Assembly: GCA_024407725.1 (NCBI GenBank)
Contig: JAKSVZ010000001.1
Span: forward strand, 22,746 to 86,745
Direction: 5' to 3'
DNA: 64,000 nt
Source of the DNA: Opitutales bacterium
GTDB lineage: Bacteria; Verrucomicrobiota; Verrucomicrobiia; Opitutales; UBA9783
The notes beneath the pieces were generated by a model. It was not told the DNA's origin. It was given only the letters and a program-made list of their open reading frames with translations, and did no database searches. Within the stretch, counting starts at the first letter, position 1, and every line of letters begins with the position of its first letter. The translations under genes were made by a program, and so were the position numbers. Below are positions 30,858 through 41,083 of this stretch, one piece after another.

Positions 30858-31223
30858 TTATTTAACGAACAAACGTTTTTCACGCACTTGGCTGGCAGCT
30901 TTACCAACCCACTTACGTGATTTATACCATTTCGCGGTATCCAGAACCACACTTTCCTTGGTAACTTTGATATCGCTAATATTAGGAGCATGTAAATGGA
31001 ACACACGCTCAACAGCAAAATCCGAAACAACCCGACGTACGGTAAATGTTTCTGAAATTCCGCTTCCCTTACGCGCAATTACAATTCCAGTAAACTTTTG
31101 AATACGCTCTTTTCCACCTTCTTTAACTTTGATGGACACGCAAGCTTCATCCCCAACTTTAAACGAAGGGATTTCTGCTTTTAGCTGGTGTTTTGTAACT
31201 TCTCGCAAAATATCTTGATTCAT
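30858..31223 (-). CDS. rplS: 50S ribosomal protein L19
   Basis: 121 aa, IPSFKVGDEACVSIKVKEGGKERIQKFTGIVIARKGSGISETFTVRRV...VERVFHLHAPNI, canonical bL19. It is downstream of trmD. Confidence 0.93.
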   Translation of the reverse strand: MNQDILREVTKHQLKAEIPSFKVGDEACVSIKVKEGGKERIQKFTGIVIARKGSGISETFTVRRVVSDFAVERVFHLHAPNISDIKVTKESVVLDTAKWYKSRKWVGKAASQVREKRLFVK

Positions 31224-31259
31224 GGTTTTTTCTATGAAAATAAAATGCTGCTAATCCTG

Positions 31260-31934
31260 TCAATTAAAAATCAAATCCGGACGTCTACGAATCGTTCGTT
31301 TTATCTGTTGTTCTAGGCGCCACTTTGCAATCGCAGCATGATCTCCTGAAAATAAAATACTCGGTACACCCTTACCTTCATGCTCTTTTGGACGGGTATA
31401 CTGCGGGAACGACAACAAACCATCCCTAAAGCTATCCTGCTCCAACGATTGTTCATCGCCCAAAGCCCCCGGCAAGCACCGAACCATTGCATCAATAACA
31501 ACGGCTGCAGGCAAAGTCCCATTGGTTAGCACATAATCGCCTATGGAAATTTCTTCATCCACATACTGTTCGCGGAACCGTTCGTCCACGCTTTCGTAAT
31601 GCCCTGATACTAACACTACATGCTCTTTTTGCGTTAATTCACGCACTTTTTTCATCGTCAGCGGCATTCCGTCGGGACACAAATACACAACGTGCGTTTT
31701 CTCCTTACGGAGCGACTTAATCGCTTTAGACAATACATCAAATTGCAGAACCATCCCAGCCCCACCGCCGAATGGACGATCATCCACTTGATAATGCGGA
31801 CCATTAGCCCAATCGCGTAAATTGCGAACCTGTAACGAAAACAGTTGTTCCCTCAACGCACGACCTACAATGCTTTCCGAGACGAACCCATCCAGCATTT
31901 TTGGAAACAACGTTAAAACATCAATTTTCAGCAT
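31260..31934 (-). CDS. trmD: tRNA (guanine37-N1)-methyltransferase
   Basis: 224 aa, MLKIDVLTLFP.M....SESI.GRA, DDRPFGGGAGMV and SIGDYVLTNG.LPA motifs of TrmD. Confidence 0.95.
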   Translation of the reverse strand: MLKIDVLTLFPKMLDGFVSESIVGRALREQLFSLQVRNLRDWANGPHYQVDDRPFGGGAGMVLQFDVLSKAIKSLRKEKTHVVYLCPDGMPLTMKKVRELTQKEHVVLVSGHYESVDERFREQYVDEEISIGDYVLTNGTLPAAVVIDAMVRCLPGALGDEQSLEQDSFRDGLLSFPQYTRPKEHEGKGVPSILFSGDHAAIAKWRLEQQIKRTIRRRPDLIFN

Positions 31935-32038
31935 GATTTAAACCCCAAAAACAACAAAGGGCATTTCACCCTTCCAAAATTTTAGATCTTGAATCCACCT
32001 TCAAGATTTCGCTTAAACGCAGTAATCAATTACCTTGT

Positions 32039-32284
32039 TTAAGCCCGAGCAATGCGCATGAGATAACGCACAGTATCGCTCGGTTGAGCTCCTTTAGATA
32101 CCCAATAATCCGCGCGTTCGACATTCATCTGTACTTTTTTGCTATCTTCTTGCTCGGTAGGATTATAGGCACCTAATAATTCCACGAAACGGCCATCGCG
32201 ACGTACTGATTTTTCAGCAACCACCACACGATATTTAGGATGATTCTTAGATCCAAAACGCTGTAACCGTATTCTCAATGCCAT
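32039..32284 (-). CDS. rpsP: 30S ribosomal protein S16
   Basis: 81 aa, MALRIRLQRFGSKNHPKYRVVVAE...RDGRF.E.LG.YNP. Confidence 0.95.
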   Translation of the reverse strand: MALRIRLQRFGSKNHPKYRVVVAEKSVRRDGRFVELLGAYNPTEQEDSKKVQMNVERADYWVSKGAQPSDTVRYLMRIARA

Positions 32285-32434
32285 AATTAATTATTTTTTA
32301 ATTAGTTAGAAGAGATAGTGAACGCTTGTCAAATGAATTTTATGATAAAAAGCAATTGAAGCCATCAATGGGCTCGAATGGCTATCCCAAAAAAATGTTT
32401 TTGACCCATCCGCTTCCTGTTTTTAAGGTAACCT

Positions 32435-33556
32435 ATGATGAAAGTCCCTCTGTTTTGTCCTGATTACACCAACCAACCCCATCTGGAAGCCTTTAACAAA
32501 GTGTTTCAGTCGATCCTACGGTCGGGAAAATATATTTTAGGGGAAGCAGTAGAACAGTTTGAGCATCAATTTGCCGAACAAAACCATTGTAAGTATGCAG
32601 TCGGGGTTTCCTCAGGAACCGATGCCTTATTGATCGCTCTGCAGGCCATTGATATTCAACCGAATGATGAAGTTCTGTGCCCATCCTTTACTTTTTTCGC
32701 TAGTGCTAGCACCATTGCGCGCTTAGGAGCACAACCGGTATGGGTAGATGTTAATACCGACAACTACCTGATAGATTTAGCGGATGCAGAAAAAAAGGTG
32801 TCTTCTAGAACAAAAGCGATTGTGGTAGTTCATTTATTTGGTCAAAGCTGCGCGCCCGATGCAGTAAAAGCCTTTGCTCAGCGGCACCATTTAAAAATCA
32901 TTGAAGATGTAGCACAAGCCCAAGGCGCTCAATCACAAAATTTGTTAACGGGCTCTTGGGGCGATGTGGGTGCTTTCAGTTTTTTCCCGACCAAAAACCT
33001 CGGTGGATTTGGGGATGCGGGTATGATCACCACTCAAGATCCTGCATTGTTTGAAAAAATCAAATGTTTGCGGGTACATGGATCACGCGTTACGTACGAG
33101 CACTTGTATTTAGGTGGAAATTTCCGCATCGATACCCTACAGGCCGCCTTATTGGCCATTAAACTTCCTCACGTCCATGAAGCGATTAGCAAACGTAGAG
33201 CTAACGCTGAACGTTATCTATCGGCTCTCCAAGGAATCGACTCCCTTTGTTTGCCGAATAATCCCGCGGATGGTTATCACACGTGGAATCAATTTACTGT
33301 GCGGGTTTTGAACCATAAACGGGACGAACTTAAAGCATTTTTAGCTCAACAAGAAATTGGCAGCGCTATTTATTATCCCAAAGCCTTGGATCAACAACCC
33401 AGTTTGCGCTCGATTTCAACCGATAAAGGCATACCAACCGCGCGGGCTCATCAATTGACCCAAGAGGTACTCAGTTTGCCTATTTACCCCGGCCTAACAA
33501 CCGAACAAATTGATACGGTGTGCCGTGCCATCCAAAAGTTTTTCAGCGCCCGTTAA
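32435..33556 (+). CDS. DegT/DnrJ/EryC1/StrS-family PLP aminotransferase (ArnB/WecE-like sugar aminotransferase)
   Basis: 373 aa with GVSSGTDALLIAL, the FSFFPTKNLGGFGDAGMITT PLP-lysine region and a C-terminal LSLPIYPGLT. Confidence 0.85.
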   Translation: MMKVPLFCPDYTNQPHLEAFNKVFQSILRSGKYILGEAVEQFEHQFAEQNHCKYAVGVSSGTDALLIALQAIDIQPNDEVLCPSFTFFASASTIARLGAQPVWVDVNTDNYLIDLADAEKKVSSRTKAIVVVHLFGQSCAPDAVKAFAQRHHLKIIEDVAQAQGAQSQNLLTGSWGDVGAFSFFPTKNLGGFGDAGMITTQDPALFEKIKCLRVHGSRVTYEHLYLGGNFRIDTLQAALLAIKLPHVHEAISKRRANAERYLSALQGIDSLCLPNNPADGYHTWNQFTVRVLNHKRDELKAFLAQQEIGSAIYYPKALDQQPSLRSISTDKGIPTARAHQLTQEVLSLPIYPGLTTEQIDTVCRAIQKFFSAR

Positions 33557-33565
33557 GGCGTTTTT

Positions 33566-34702
33566 TTAAAAACTGTGGAGAAGATTTACTATCTCACACG
33601 CACCTACCACCAAAGCGATTCCTACGCATAGGTGATAAGAAAAACAGCAGGGTAATTTCTTATGTTTTAAGCACAAATAAGGCGATAAGATAGCAAACAT
33701 TACTGCCATTAATCCGCTAAAACACAATACATACACAAAAGCGTTTGGAATTAGCCAATTAACCACCACGGGAACAACACAGGGGATCATTCGAGCGACC
33801 TGCAAAGGAACGACAGCGCGTATTGCTTGTACGACACCAACCGCAAAACCAATAGCCGATGTAACGACTGCACATAAGGTTACCCATTTTAAAATCACTC
33901 CTAACAACGGGCTGGAGGTCTTACACAAAAAATCAATCAATTGCCCTACCGTTACTTGATGTTGCTGCATCCGCACAAAGAAATCGCTATCATGCGCAGA
34001 AACCCCGTTAAGTACGCCAGTAATCCACGCCATATAAACGCCCATAGGCATCAACAAGCCAACGACCAAAGCTATTTGGATATGACGTCGGTTATAATTT
34101 AAATACGAGCAGATTTGTGGGCATACACCCTGCATAACAAAAGAGGTTAAGCAAATCGGCAAAAATATCCTCAATTCCTTCCAATTCATGGAAATTTTTT
34201 GCGCATTCTCATCCGGAGCGCTTTGGACGAAAAATACGGCCAAGGCTAGCATCACCAATAACACCAAGACCAACAACGAATTGATCCCCGACATTTTATC
34301 GACATGCAAATTGAGTAAAATAAATAAGGCACAGGCGAACCCAATACCAATGACATTTGGATTGATCGAGGACACGACGCTCAAGGTATCCGAAAAGCAG
34401 GAAAAATAGACTGTTAATACCCCGAACGAAAATAAATAGAACGACAGTAAGGTTGCGCCAAAACAAGCTTTACCAGTGTATTTTTTCGTAAGTCCAACTA
34501 CCGAAGCCGGCACATGATTGGCAGAATTTAAATCCACCAACATCATGGAGGATTTATAAGCCACAAAACACATTAAAATGATGAGCGCGGCACTCATCGG
34601 TATACCCAAGTTAATCACCGACATAGGCAGTGCAATAAATCCTGCCCCAACTGCAGTTCCCGTAATTAACAAGCTCGCATGTAATAATTTCCAAATATTC
34701 AT
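33566..34702 (-). CDS. Aromatic amino acid permease (TyrP/Mtr, HAAAP family), copy 1
   Basis: 378 aa, polytopic. The N-terminal LLITGTAVGAGFIALPMS is the HAAAP signature. It is a paralog of 35317-36465. Confidence 0.75.
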   Translation of the reverse strand: MNIWKLLHASLLITGTAVGAGFIALPMSVINLGIPMSAALIILMCFVAYKSSMMLVDLNSANHVPASVVGLTKKYTGKACFGATLLSFYLFSFGVLTVYFSCFSDTLSVVSSINPNVIGIGFACALFILLNLHVDKMSGINSLLVLVLLVMLALAVFFVQSAPDENAQKISMNWKELRIFLPICLTSFVMQGVCPQICSYLNYNRRHIQIALVVGLLMPMGVYMAWITGVLNGVSAHDSDFFVRMQQHQVTVGQLIDFLCKTSSPLLGVILKWVTLCAVVTSAIGFAVGVVQAIRAVVPLQVARMIPCVVPVVVNWLIPNAFVYVLCFSGLMAVMFAILSPYLCLKHKKLPCCFSYHLCVGIALVVGACEIVNLLHSF

Positions 34703-34885
34703 CTTAATCCTTTCATAAGACTATTTTATAGACTTATTGAGCGCTTATTAGACATTTTCGGAAGGTTTACCGAAACAGATGAAACTGCCAAATAAGCTTT
34801 TTTTAAAAAAAAAGGTTTCATGAACTTAGTCAAATGTTTATTGTTAATCAATTAATAAAGTTACCTTTTAAATTATTGAAACATT

Positions 34886-35305
34886 ATGGAAGAGAAAACA
34901 CTAGTTCTGATTAAGCCCGATGGAATGCAAAAAAACATCTGCGGTACTGTTTTAGCCCGTTTCCAGAAAGCAGGATTACATCTTGTAGCTTGCAAAATGA
35001 TCCAGTTAAATGAAGCTATCTTGCGCGAACATTACGACTTTTTAACCGATAAGCCGTTTTTCCCCGGAATTCTTTCGTTTATGCAAGAATGCCCCGTGTT
35101 AGCAGTTATCCTTAAAGGAGACAATGCGATTGCATTAACCCGCGAATTATTAGGACCCACCGATAGCACCATCGCTCCTAAAGGCACCATCCGTGGGGAT
35201 TTCGGCGAAAACAAATCGCGCAACATCGCACACGCTTCGGACAGCATCGAATCAGCCGCAAAAGAAATTGCTCGATTCTTCAAGCCCGAAGAAGTCTTCG
35301 CCTAA
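34886..35305 (+). CDS. ndk: Nucleoside diphosphate kinase
   Basis: 139 aa with TLVLIKPDG, GPTD...A.PGTIRGDFG and NIAHASDS (catalytic His). Confidence 0.95.
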   Translation: MEEKTLVLIKPDGMQKNICGTVLARFQKAGLHLVACKMIQLNEAILREHYDFLTDKPFFPGILSFMQECPVLAVILKGDNAIALTRELLGPTDSTIAPKGTIRGDFGENKSRNIAHASDSIESAAKEIARFFKPEEVFA

Positions 35306-35316
35306 TCCCTTTTTCA

Positions 35317-36465
35317 TTAGGGAATGACGATCCGAACGACCTCAAATACAGCAACGGTTAACCCTAACAATAGGCACAAACCATACTGTAATTTGGGGTC
35401 TTTTAGGTTCTGTTTACGGACACACCAATAAGGTGTCACAATCACAAAGATAATCAGCATCAGTCCGCCGAAGGATAAGATGCGCAAAAACGCATTGGCA
35501 ACAAACCAATTTACCGCCAAAGGAACCAAACACAAAACAACCTTTGCTAGCCATTCAGGGCACAACATCCGCAAGGAATGCAGCAAGCCAATAGCAACGC
35601 CAATCATGGAGGTAATAACCGCAAAAAGCGTTAAAAACTTCAGGATTCCGCTCAACCATAACGAGTGGGTCGCATCACATAAAAACTGAATGAATTCGCC
35701 AACCGATGCCTGATGACTTTGAAGTTTGGCTAAAAACGCAGGATCCATGGCCGCGCAACTTAAGGTCTTATGAATCCATACCGGATACACAATCGCGGGT
35801 ACCAACAGCCCTAGTAACAATGCAATTTGGATGCGTTTTCTATCGCGATCCAAGTAGGTATAAAGTTGCGGGCAAATCGTTTGCATACCGAACGAGGTCA
35901 TTACAATCGGCATAAAGCGCACCCATTCCCCCATTTGAAACGTTGATTGAGCAACTGAATGGCTTTGGAAACAAAACAGTGCACAAGCAATCGACCCCAG
36001 CAATAAGGTCACACATAAGGAATTAAACGCTGCAAATTTTTCGATATGTAAGTTAAACAATAAGAACAAACTGCAGGCGCAAGCAATCATAACTCCCTTA
36101 GGCGATAAAACCAGCACCGTACTTAACGTATCCGAAACGCAGGTAAAATAGACCGCTAACAAGCCAAATGACAGCAGGTAAAAGCTCAACACCGTCAGTC
36201 CAAAGCAGGTTCGCCCACCATATTTACGGGTTAATTCAACAATCGCCAGCGGATTTTGGTTAAAGATATTTAAATCAACCACCATCATAGACGATTGATA
36301 CGCCAACCAATACAGTACCCCGATAGATAATAAGGTAATGGGCATACCCAAACTAACAGCTGATATCGGTAGACTCAGCAAACCAGTCCCTATTGAGGTT
36401 CCGGCAATTAACAAAACAGCATTTAATATTTTTCGCATTTCAAAAAGATTTAAGGGTTGGATCAT
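35317..36465 (-). CDS. Aromatic amino acid permease (TyrP/Mtr, HAAAP family), copy 2
   Basis: 382 aa, LLIAGTSIGTGLLSLPIS. It aligns along its whole length with copy 1 (for example SSMMVVDLN / SSMMLVDLN, CFG.T.LSFYL.SFG.L.VYF.C.SDTLS). Confidence 0.75.
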   Translation of the reverse strand: MIQPLNLFEMRKILNAVLLIAGTSIGTGLLSLPISAVSLGMPITLLSIGVLYWLAYQSSMMVVDLNIFNQNPLAIVELTRKYGGRTCFGLTVLSFYLLSFGLLAVYFTCVSDTLSTVLVLSPKGVMIACACSLFLLFNLHIEKFAAFNSLCVTLLLGSIACALFCFQSHSVAQSTFQMGEWVRFMPIVMTSFGMQTICPQLYTYLDRDRKRIQIALLLGLLVPAIVYPVWIHKTLSCAAMDPAFLAKLQSHQASVGEFIQFLCDATHSLWLSGILKFLTLFAVITSMIGVAIGLLHSLRMLCPEWLAKVVLCLVPLAVNWFVANAFLRILSFGGLMLIIFVIVTPYWCVRKQNLKDPKLQYGLCLLLGLTVAVFEVVRIVIP

Positions 36466-36687
36466 CTCCAGCTCATAACTCTTCCTTTTAACTTCACAGA
36501 GTCATGCACTGAAGGACAACAAAAAAGAGATAGGGAGAAATAATATTACTTGGCGCTTATCGCCAAATAAAATAAGCGGCTGATTGAATAAACAACTGAA
36601 TAGTTTTCAACATACCACACACTAAACATTATAAAAGCAAAACTATCCCTATCCTGTCAAGGATTTCGTTATCAAATAATGAAAAAA

Positions 36688-37698
36688 TTACCAATTCAAC
36701 CAACCTTGCGATTGATCCTGAGCCTTGATGATTTCCATCCCGCGCGGAGTTAACTGCCGTCCTTGCGGAGTACGCACAAGATAACCTTCCTGAATCAAAA
36801 ACGGTTCATGGACTTCCGACAACGTATCCGGTTCCTCACCCAAAGCAACTGCCAAGGTTTGTAATCCAGTTGGTCTGCCCTGAAATTGATGGGATAGGAT
36901 TAACAAAATACGTTTATCCAGTTCATCCAAACCATTTTCGTCGATATCTAGCAATTCCAACGCCTGACGAGCCACTGATTTTGATATGAGCGGACTATTG
37001 GCATTTAAGGCAAAATCGCGGGTAAAACACAGTAAATTATTAGCAATACGCGGGGTACCACGGGAACGAGAAGCAATTTCCAACGCTCCTCCTTCGTCCA
37101 TTGGGGCATTGATCAATTTAGCCGAACGCAGCACAATCGACTGCAAATCCTCTTTGGAATAATAATTGAGGCGGGTATGTAAGGTAAAACGTGAACGCAA
37201 GGGGGCAGACAGCAAACCGCTACGGGTGGTTGCTCCTAACAAGGTAAATTGCGGAATTGTTAACCGAACACTGCGCGCATTTGGCCCCTGATCGATCATA
37301 ACATCGATACAAAAATCCTCCATTGCCGAAAAAAGGTATTCCTCAACCGAACGCGGCAAACGATGGATTTCATCAATGAACAAAATATCTTTTTCGCCCA
37401 AATTGGTTAATAATCCCGCCAAATCCGCCGCTTTTTCAATAACCGGCCCAGAGGTAACATGCACCTGTACCCCCATTTCTTTGCCCAAGATATGCGCTAA
37501 GGTAGTTTTCCCTAACCCTGGAGGGCCGCTAAATAAAATATGATTTAAGGCTGCATGCCGTTTGCGAGCAGATTCAACCATTACCGTTAACCGACCCACT
37601 GTTTTCGGCTGACCAACAAAATCAGTAAAACGAGCAGGACGTAGGGTATTTAACGCCTCTTTGTCTTCTACTTCAGGGATCGCATGTTCACTCGGCAT
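36688..37698 (-). CDS. ruvB: Holliday junction branch migration helicase RuvB
   Basis: 336 aa with LRP..F.DFVGQ, Walker A GPPGLGKTTLA, FIDEIHRL and RGTPRIANNLL. Confidence 0.96.
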   Translation of the reverse strand: MPSEHAIPEVEDKEALNTLRPARFTDFVGQPKTVGRLTVMVESARKRHAALNHILFSGPPGLGKTTLAHILGKEMGVQVHVTSGPVIEKAADLAGLLTNLGEKDILFIDEIHRLPRSVEEYLFSAMEDFCIDVMIDQGPNARSVRLTIPQFTLLGATTRSGLLSAPLRSRFTLHTRLNYYSKEDLQSIVLRSAKLINAPMDEGGALEIASRSRGTPRIANNLLCFTRDFALNANSPLISKSVARQALELLDIDENGLDELDKRILLILSHQFQGRPTGLQTLAVALGEEPDTLSEVHEPFLIQEGYLVRTPQGRQLTPRGMEIIKAQDQSQGWLNW

Positions 37699-37776
37699 TG
37701 TTTATTTTTATTCTTTTTAAATAAAACACTGCAAAACAAAAAATTGTATGCAGATTCAATCACAACCCAAAGCGAT

Positions 37777-39492
37777 TTACCGAGCAGGGAATTTCTCAAT
37801 TACCTTACCGTATATTTCCTCAGCTTTTTTACGTATATTGGACGCTTCCGAATCATAATTATTAATCGTCGTTTGAGCATCCGTTATTTCCGTATTCGTA
37901 TTTTGAATAGAAGTATTAATAAATTCACTTTTGTTATTTAATGCGCTAATCCAAGACGATGCGACATCACCCGTAATCTTGCTAGAATCACACCAAGCAT
38001 TCCATTCTTTAACGCTTTTCTTTAATACATTGGTACAAGTCAATTTTGCAGGAAGTTTAAATGTCCCCTGAACGTTCACTTTTTTACGGCCATAATGATT
38101 ACCTGATTTAACATCCGCTGTATAATACTCAGTAGGACTATTTGAGAAAACAATATCTTCATTGGCATTAATACAGTAAGGCTTATTATCTTGATTTGTT
38201 CTTAGCCCAACAGTTCCATCCCCACAATTACTATCTACTGTTCCATCTTCACCTAACAAAAATCGTTTTCCATCTGTATCTGTTGTAAGCAACATGAATT
38301 TTCCAAGATCATCTGGATTTTCTAAAACCAAAAGTGACTTGCCTGATTCATCTTCAAACAAACAGTACATATTGTCTGACAATAAAAAGATTAATGCTAA
38401 ATAAGCTGCATCCGCCAAACGATGTTTATGCTCATCGGTTGCACCGTTCTGAGAAGCATTAACCATATCAGTTGCATGCGCAATAAAGTCCAAATAAACA
38501 TTAAAAGCACTGATATAATGCGACAATAATTCCAAATTCGCTCTCAATGCACGAACTTTAACATCCAAAAAGGTTGCAGGCGCATTTAACGCACCAAATT
38601 TGTCGACTAGGTAACCAATATAAAACAGCTCCACGTTTCCGTCACGGTCAGACGCACTACCCTCCCCCTCTCCATCATCAGGTACGCAAGGATAACCAGT
38701 AGCAGGATCAGCAGGGAACACTAGATAATTATGGTCATTATCCAGTATGATTCTTTTATAATAAAAATGAATAAACTCCAAACGGCTCAATAAATTCAAC
38801 GAACGAAAAATCGGTAATTTCCAGTAAGGATTTCCCTTCGTAGTATCCGTATAGGGAACCAGCGTTTCACGTAATTCCTTCAATTTATGATAATCGGTAT
38901 AGTTCTTTAGATGTTTAGTATCAACCTCACCGGTCATCAAATCCCATTGCTTTGTGTCGTTATTGTACTGCAGGTATTGCCTAAACTCATCGAGGTAATC
39001 CTTCATGGCTGTTTCTGTATACCACTTTAAGGCATCAAATTTTTCAGGCACTTTTTGTTTGAGCTCTTCCAGCGTAGCTCCAGCATCACGCATCTCCTTA
39101 AGTTTACCAGCAATATCTCGAGCAATTGCAATCGTATTATGGATTTCGTGAATTACCCCAACAATCCATTTAACGTAAAACAGATACGCGTTATATCCTT
39201 CACGACAGTAATGATCGATAAAATATTTATCCTCTACTTCGTGAGGTCCCGGCGGCAGGATAAAACGAGAGTTAACGATCAATTGGTCTATGGAAGTAAT
39301 ATCATACTTATATTCAACAATCGCATTTAAACGAGTAAATATTTTCGCCTCCTCCTGATCAAAGGTTCCATTTACTTTAAACTTATCATAATAGTCATCA
39401 ATAATATCGTTAGGGACAATAGGGTTATCGGGCTGAGGCGCAGCAATAATCTGTGGATTCAAAATAGGATTAATCTCATTAATAATAGCCAT
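37777..39492 (-). CDS. Hypothetical protein, large paralog B (no signal peptide or TM segment; candidate secreted protein)
   Basis: 571 aa, third gene of a tight operon (6-nt gap to the upstream gene). It shares blocks with 39499-41082 (ELFYIGYLVD, FLLGEDGT, TFKLPAKLTC, helical C-terminus). I recognise no known domain. Confidence 0.7.
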   Translation of the reverse strand: MAIINEINPILNPQIIAAPQPDNPIVPNDIIDDYYDKFKVNGTFDQEEAKIFTRLNAIVEYKYDITSIDQLIVNSRFILPPGPHEVEDKYFIDHYCREGYNAYLFYVKWIVGVIHEIHNTIAIARDIAGKLKEMRDAGATLEELKQKVPEKFDALKWYTETAMKDYLDEFRQYLQYNNDTKQWDLMTGEVDTKHLKNYTDYHKLKELRETLVPYTDTTKGNPYWKLPIFRSLNLLSRLEFIHFYYKRIILDNDHNYLVFPADPATGYPCVPDDGEGEGSASDRDGNVELFYIGYLVDKFGALNAPATFLDVKVRALRANLELLSHYISAFNVYLDFIAHATDMVNASQNGATDEHKHRLADAAYLALIFLLSDNMYCLFEDESGKSLLVLENPDDLGKFMLLTTDTDGKRFLLGEDGTVDSNCGDGTVGLRTNQDNKPYCINANEDIVFSNSPTEYYTADVKSGNHYGRKKVNVQGTFKLPAKLTCTNVLKKSVKEWNAWCDSSKITGDVASSWISALNNKSEFINTSIQNTNTEITDAQTTINNYDSEASNIRKKAEEIYGKVIEKFPAR

Positions 39493-39498
39493 ATTATA

Positions 39499-41082
39499 TT
39501 AACTTATACGTTGTGCAATGCGTTCACATACGCCAGTCACCCAAGTATTAAAGGTATTATTGGCGGTATCAAACGTCGTCATTTGTTGATAAACATAATC
39601 AATATCGGTATGTAATGCCTCAATCGATTGGGTGCAAAAATTTACCTTCGACTGTAAAGCTTCCTGACACGACTTAATAACATCATCGGTCACTTTGTCT
39701 TTGTTATTGAAATCTTTATATGCTTTTACACTTTCAGGGGTGACCAATTCACACTGAATTTGTTTGGGTAAAACAAATGTTGTTTTAAGATATTTCGCAC
39801 TCCCAATATAAATTCCATCTGCATCAAGTGCATTTGAATAGAAATACCTATCCGGAACTTCATAAGTTGTTAGATTCATAAGCCATTTATTACAATCAGT
39901 GTTCCAATTGGCTTTAGCATAACAATTGCCTCTATAATTCTGCGTGGTTCCATCGTCTCCTAATAAAAAATTCATCCCTTCTTTATCTGCTTTAATCACC
40001 GAATATCTATTCGCGACAGGGGTTTTAATGACTAAACAGGTAACTCCATTATCCTTCAACAGCGTGTACATTGGCCCACCACACAAATACGTTAATGCAA
40101 AGCGAACCCCATTGGGTATGATTTGATTCTTAGTAGAAGAATGAAGAACGTCTAATGCACGGTTTAAAAACTCTGTATAATAAGAAAACGTATCTAGCTG
40201 TATTTTAAGATCCGCCAAACTAGCTTGGATTGCTAATGCTTTCGTTTCTAACAATTTGAGAACCGTGGAATCAGATCCATTGCGGTCTGATATATATCCC
40301 CAATAAAAGTTTTCAATTTCCCATCGAAAAGCATCTGCCGCTTCTTTAACCCCAGGGTAACCCCTCGATACATCATTCGGGTAAACCGCATCGCTTTTTC
40401 CATTATCTATCTGGTAATAAACACGGATAGCGCGCAGCCGATCCAGCAGGTTCACCTCCCGCATAATCTCTATCGGCTCCTTAACAATTTGATGGCGTTT
40501 CTTATCAACTGGGGTTTGACGTAAAGCCTCATAGGAGGGGTAATTGCCCTGAATTTGCTCATGCACCCCTGTACGATAATCATCCTGATAGACCGTCCAA
40601 GCCATGGCATCATAATCGTAAATGCAGCGCAGGCTAAAGTTATTTATAACCTCATTGCTAGACTTTTCGATCATTTCCAGCTCAGTAATCGTGGGAAGTG
40701 CTACCCCAGAATCGGTTGGGGTATCCTCAGGCAAGTCTCTCAATTGATCCAATAAGGCATCTGTTTGGAGGATATAATCACCTAGGCGGTTAAATTGATC
40801 AACGATCTTTCGACCGTAAAACTTATAAGCCCTATTGGCCTCTTCGCTATCAACGCAAATATTTTTTACAAAGTCATCGATAAAGGAAATATGCCGCTGC
40901 CTATCGTCGTATTTGATGGGCGTATTAAAAATATCATTTAATTGCTTCAGTAGGTTATCCTGAATCGTCTTATGTTCAGCACTTAAATCAGCATATTTCT
41001 GAATAATTTCTGTTAAATTTGCATTAACAACGGCCCCAACCGCACCGACATTGGGATTTACACCAATTGGAGGAATAGCCAT
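39499..41082 (-). CDS. Hypothetical protein, large paralog A (no signal peptide or TM segment; candidate secreted protein)
   Basis: 527 aa, starting 1 nt after the stop of the 130-aa gene (TAAcATG). The N-terminus is MAIPPIGVNPNVGAVGAVVNAN. It shares blocks ENFYWGYISD, FLLGDDGT and TFVLPKQIQC with the downstream paralog. Confidence 0.7.
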   Translation of the reverse strand: MAIPPIGVNPNVGAVGAVVNANLTEIIQKYADLSAEHKTIQDNLLKQLNDIFNTPIKYDDRQRHISFIDDFVKNICVDSEEANRAYKFYGRKIVDQFNRLGDYILQTDALLDQLRDLPEDTPTDSGVALPTITELEMIEKSSNEVINNFSLRCIYDYDAMAWTVYQDDYRTGVHEQIQGNYPSYEALRQTPVDKKRHQIVKEPIEIMREVNLLDRLRAIRVYYQIDNGKSDAVYPNDVSRGYPGVKEAADAFRWEIENFYWGYISDRNGSDSTVLKLLETKALAIQASLADLKIQLDTFSYYTEFLNRALDVLHSSTKNQIIPNGVRFALTYLCGGPMYTLLKDNGVTCLVIKTPVANRYSVIKADKEGMNFLLGDDGTTQNYRGNCYAKANWNTDCNKWLMNLTTYEVPDRYFYSNALDADGIYIGSAKYLKTTFVLPKQIQCELVTPESVKAYKDFNNKDKVTDDVIKSCQEALQSKVNFCTQSIEALHTDIDYVYQQMTTFDTANNTFNTWVTGVCERIAQRIS

Positions 41083-41083
41083 G

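Noticed and set aside
30791-31078. 95-aa minus-strand ORF overlapping the 3' half of rplS in another frame
   Set aside because: rplS is clearly the real frame (bL19 motifs). The overlapping ORF has no support.
36628-36660. Perfect TTGACA (36660-36655) and perfect TATAAT (36633-36628) on the minus strand upstream of the second tyrP-like gene
   Set aside because: The spacer is 21 nt, well outside the 16-19 nt tolerated by sigma70-type promoters. I did not call it as a promoter, though each hexamer might pair with a weaker partner.
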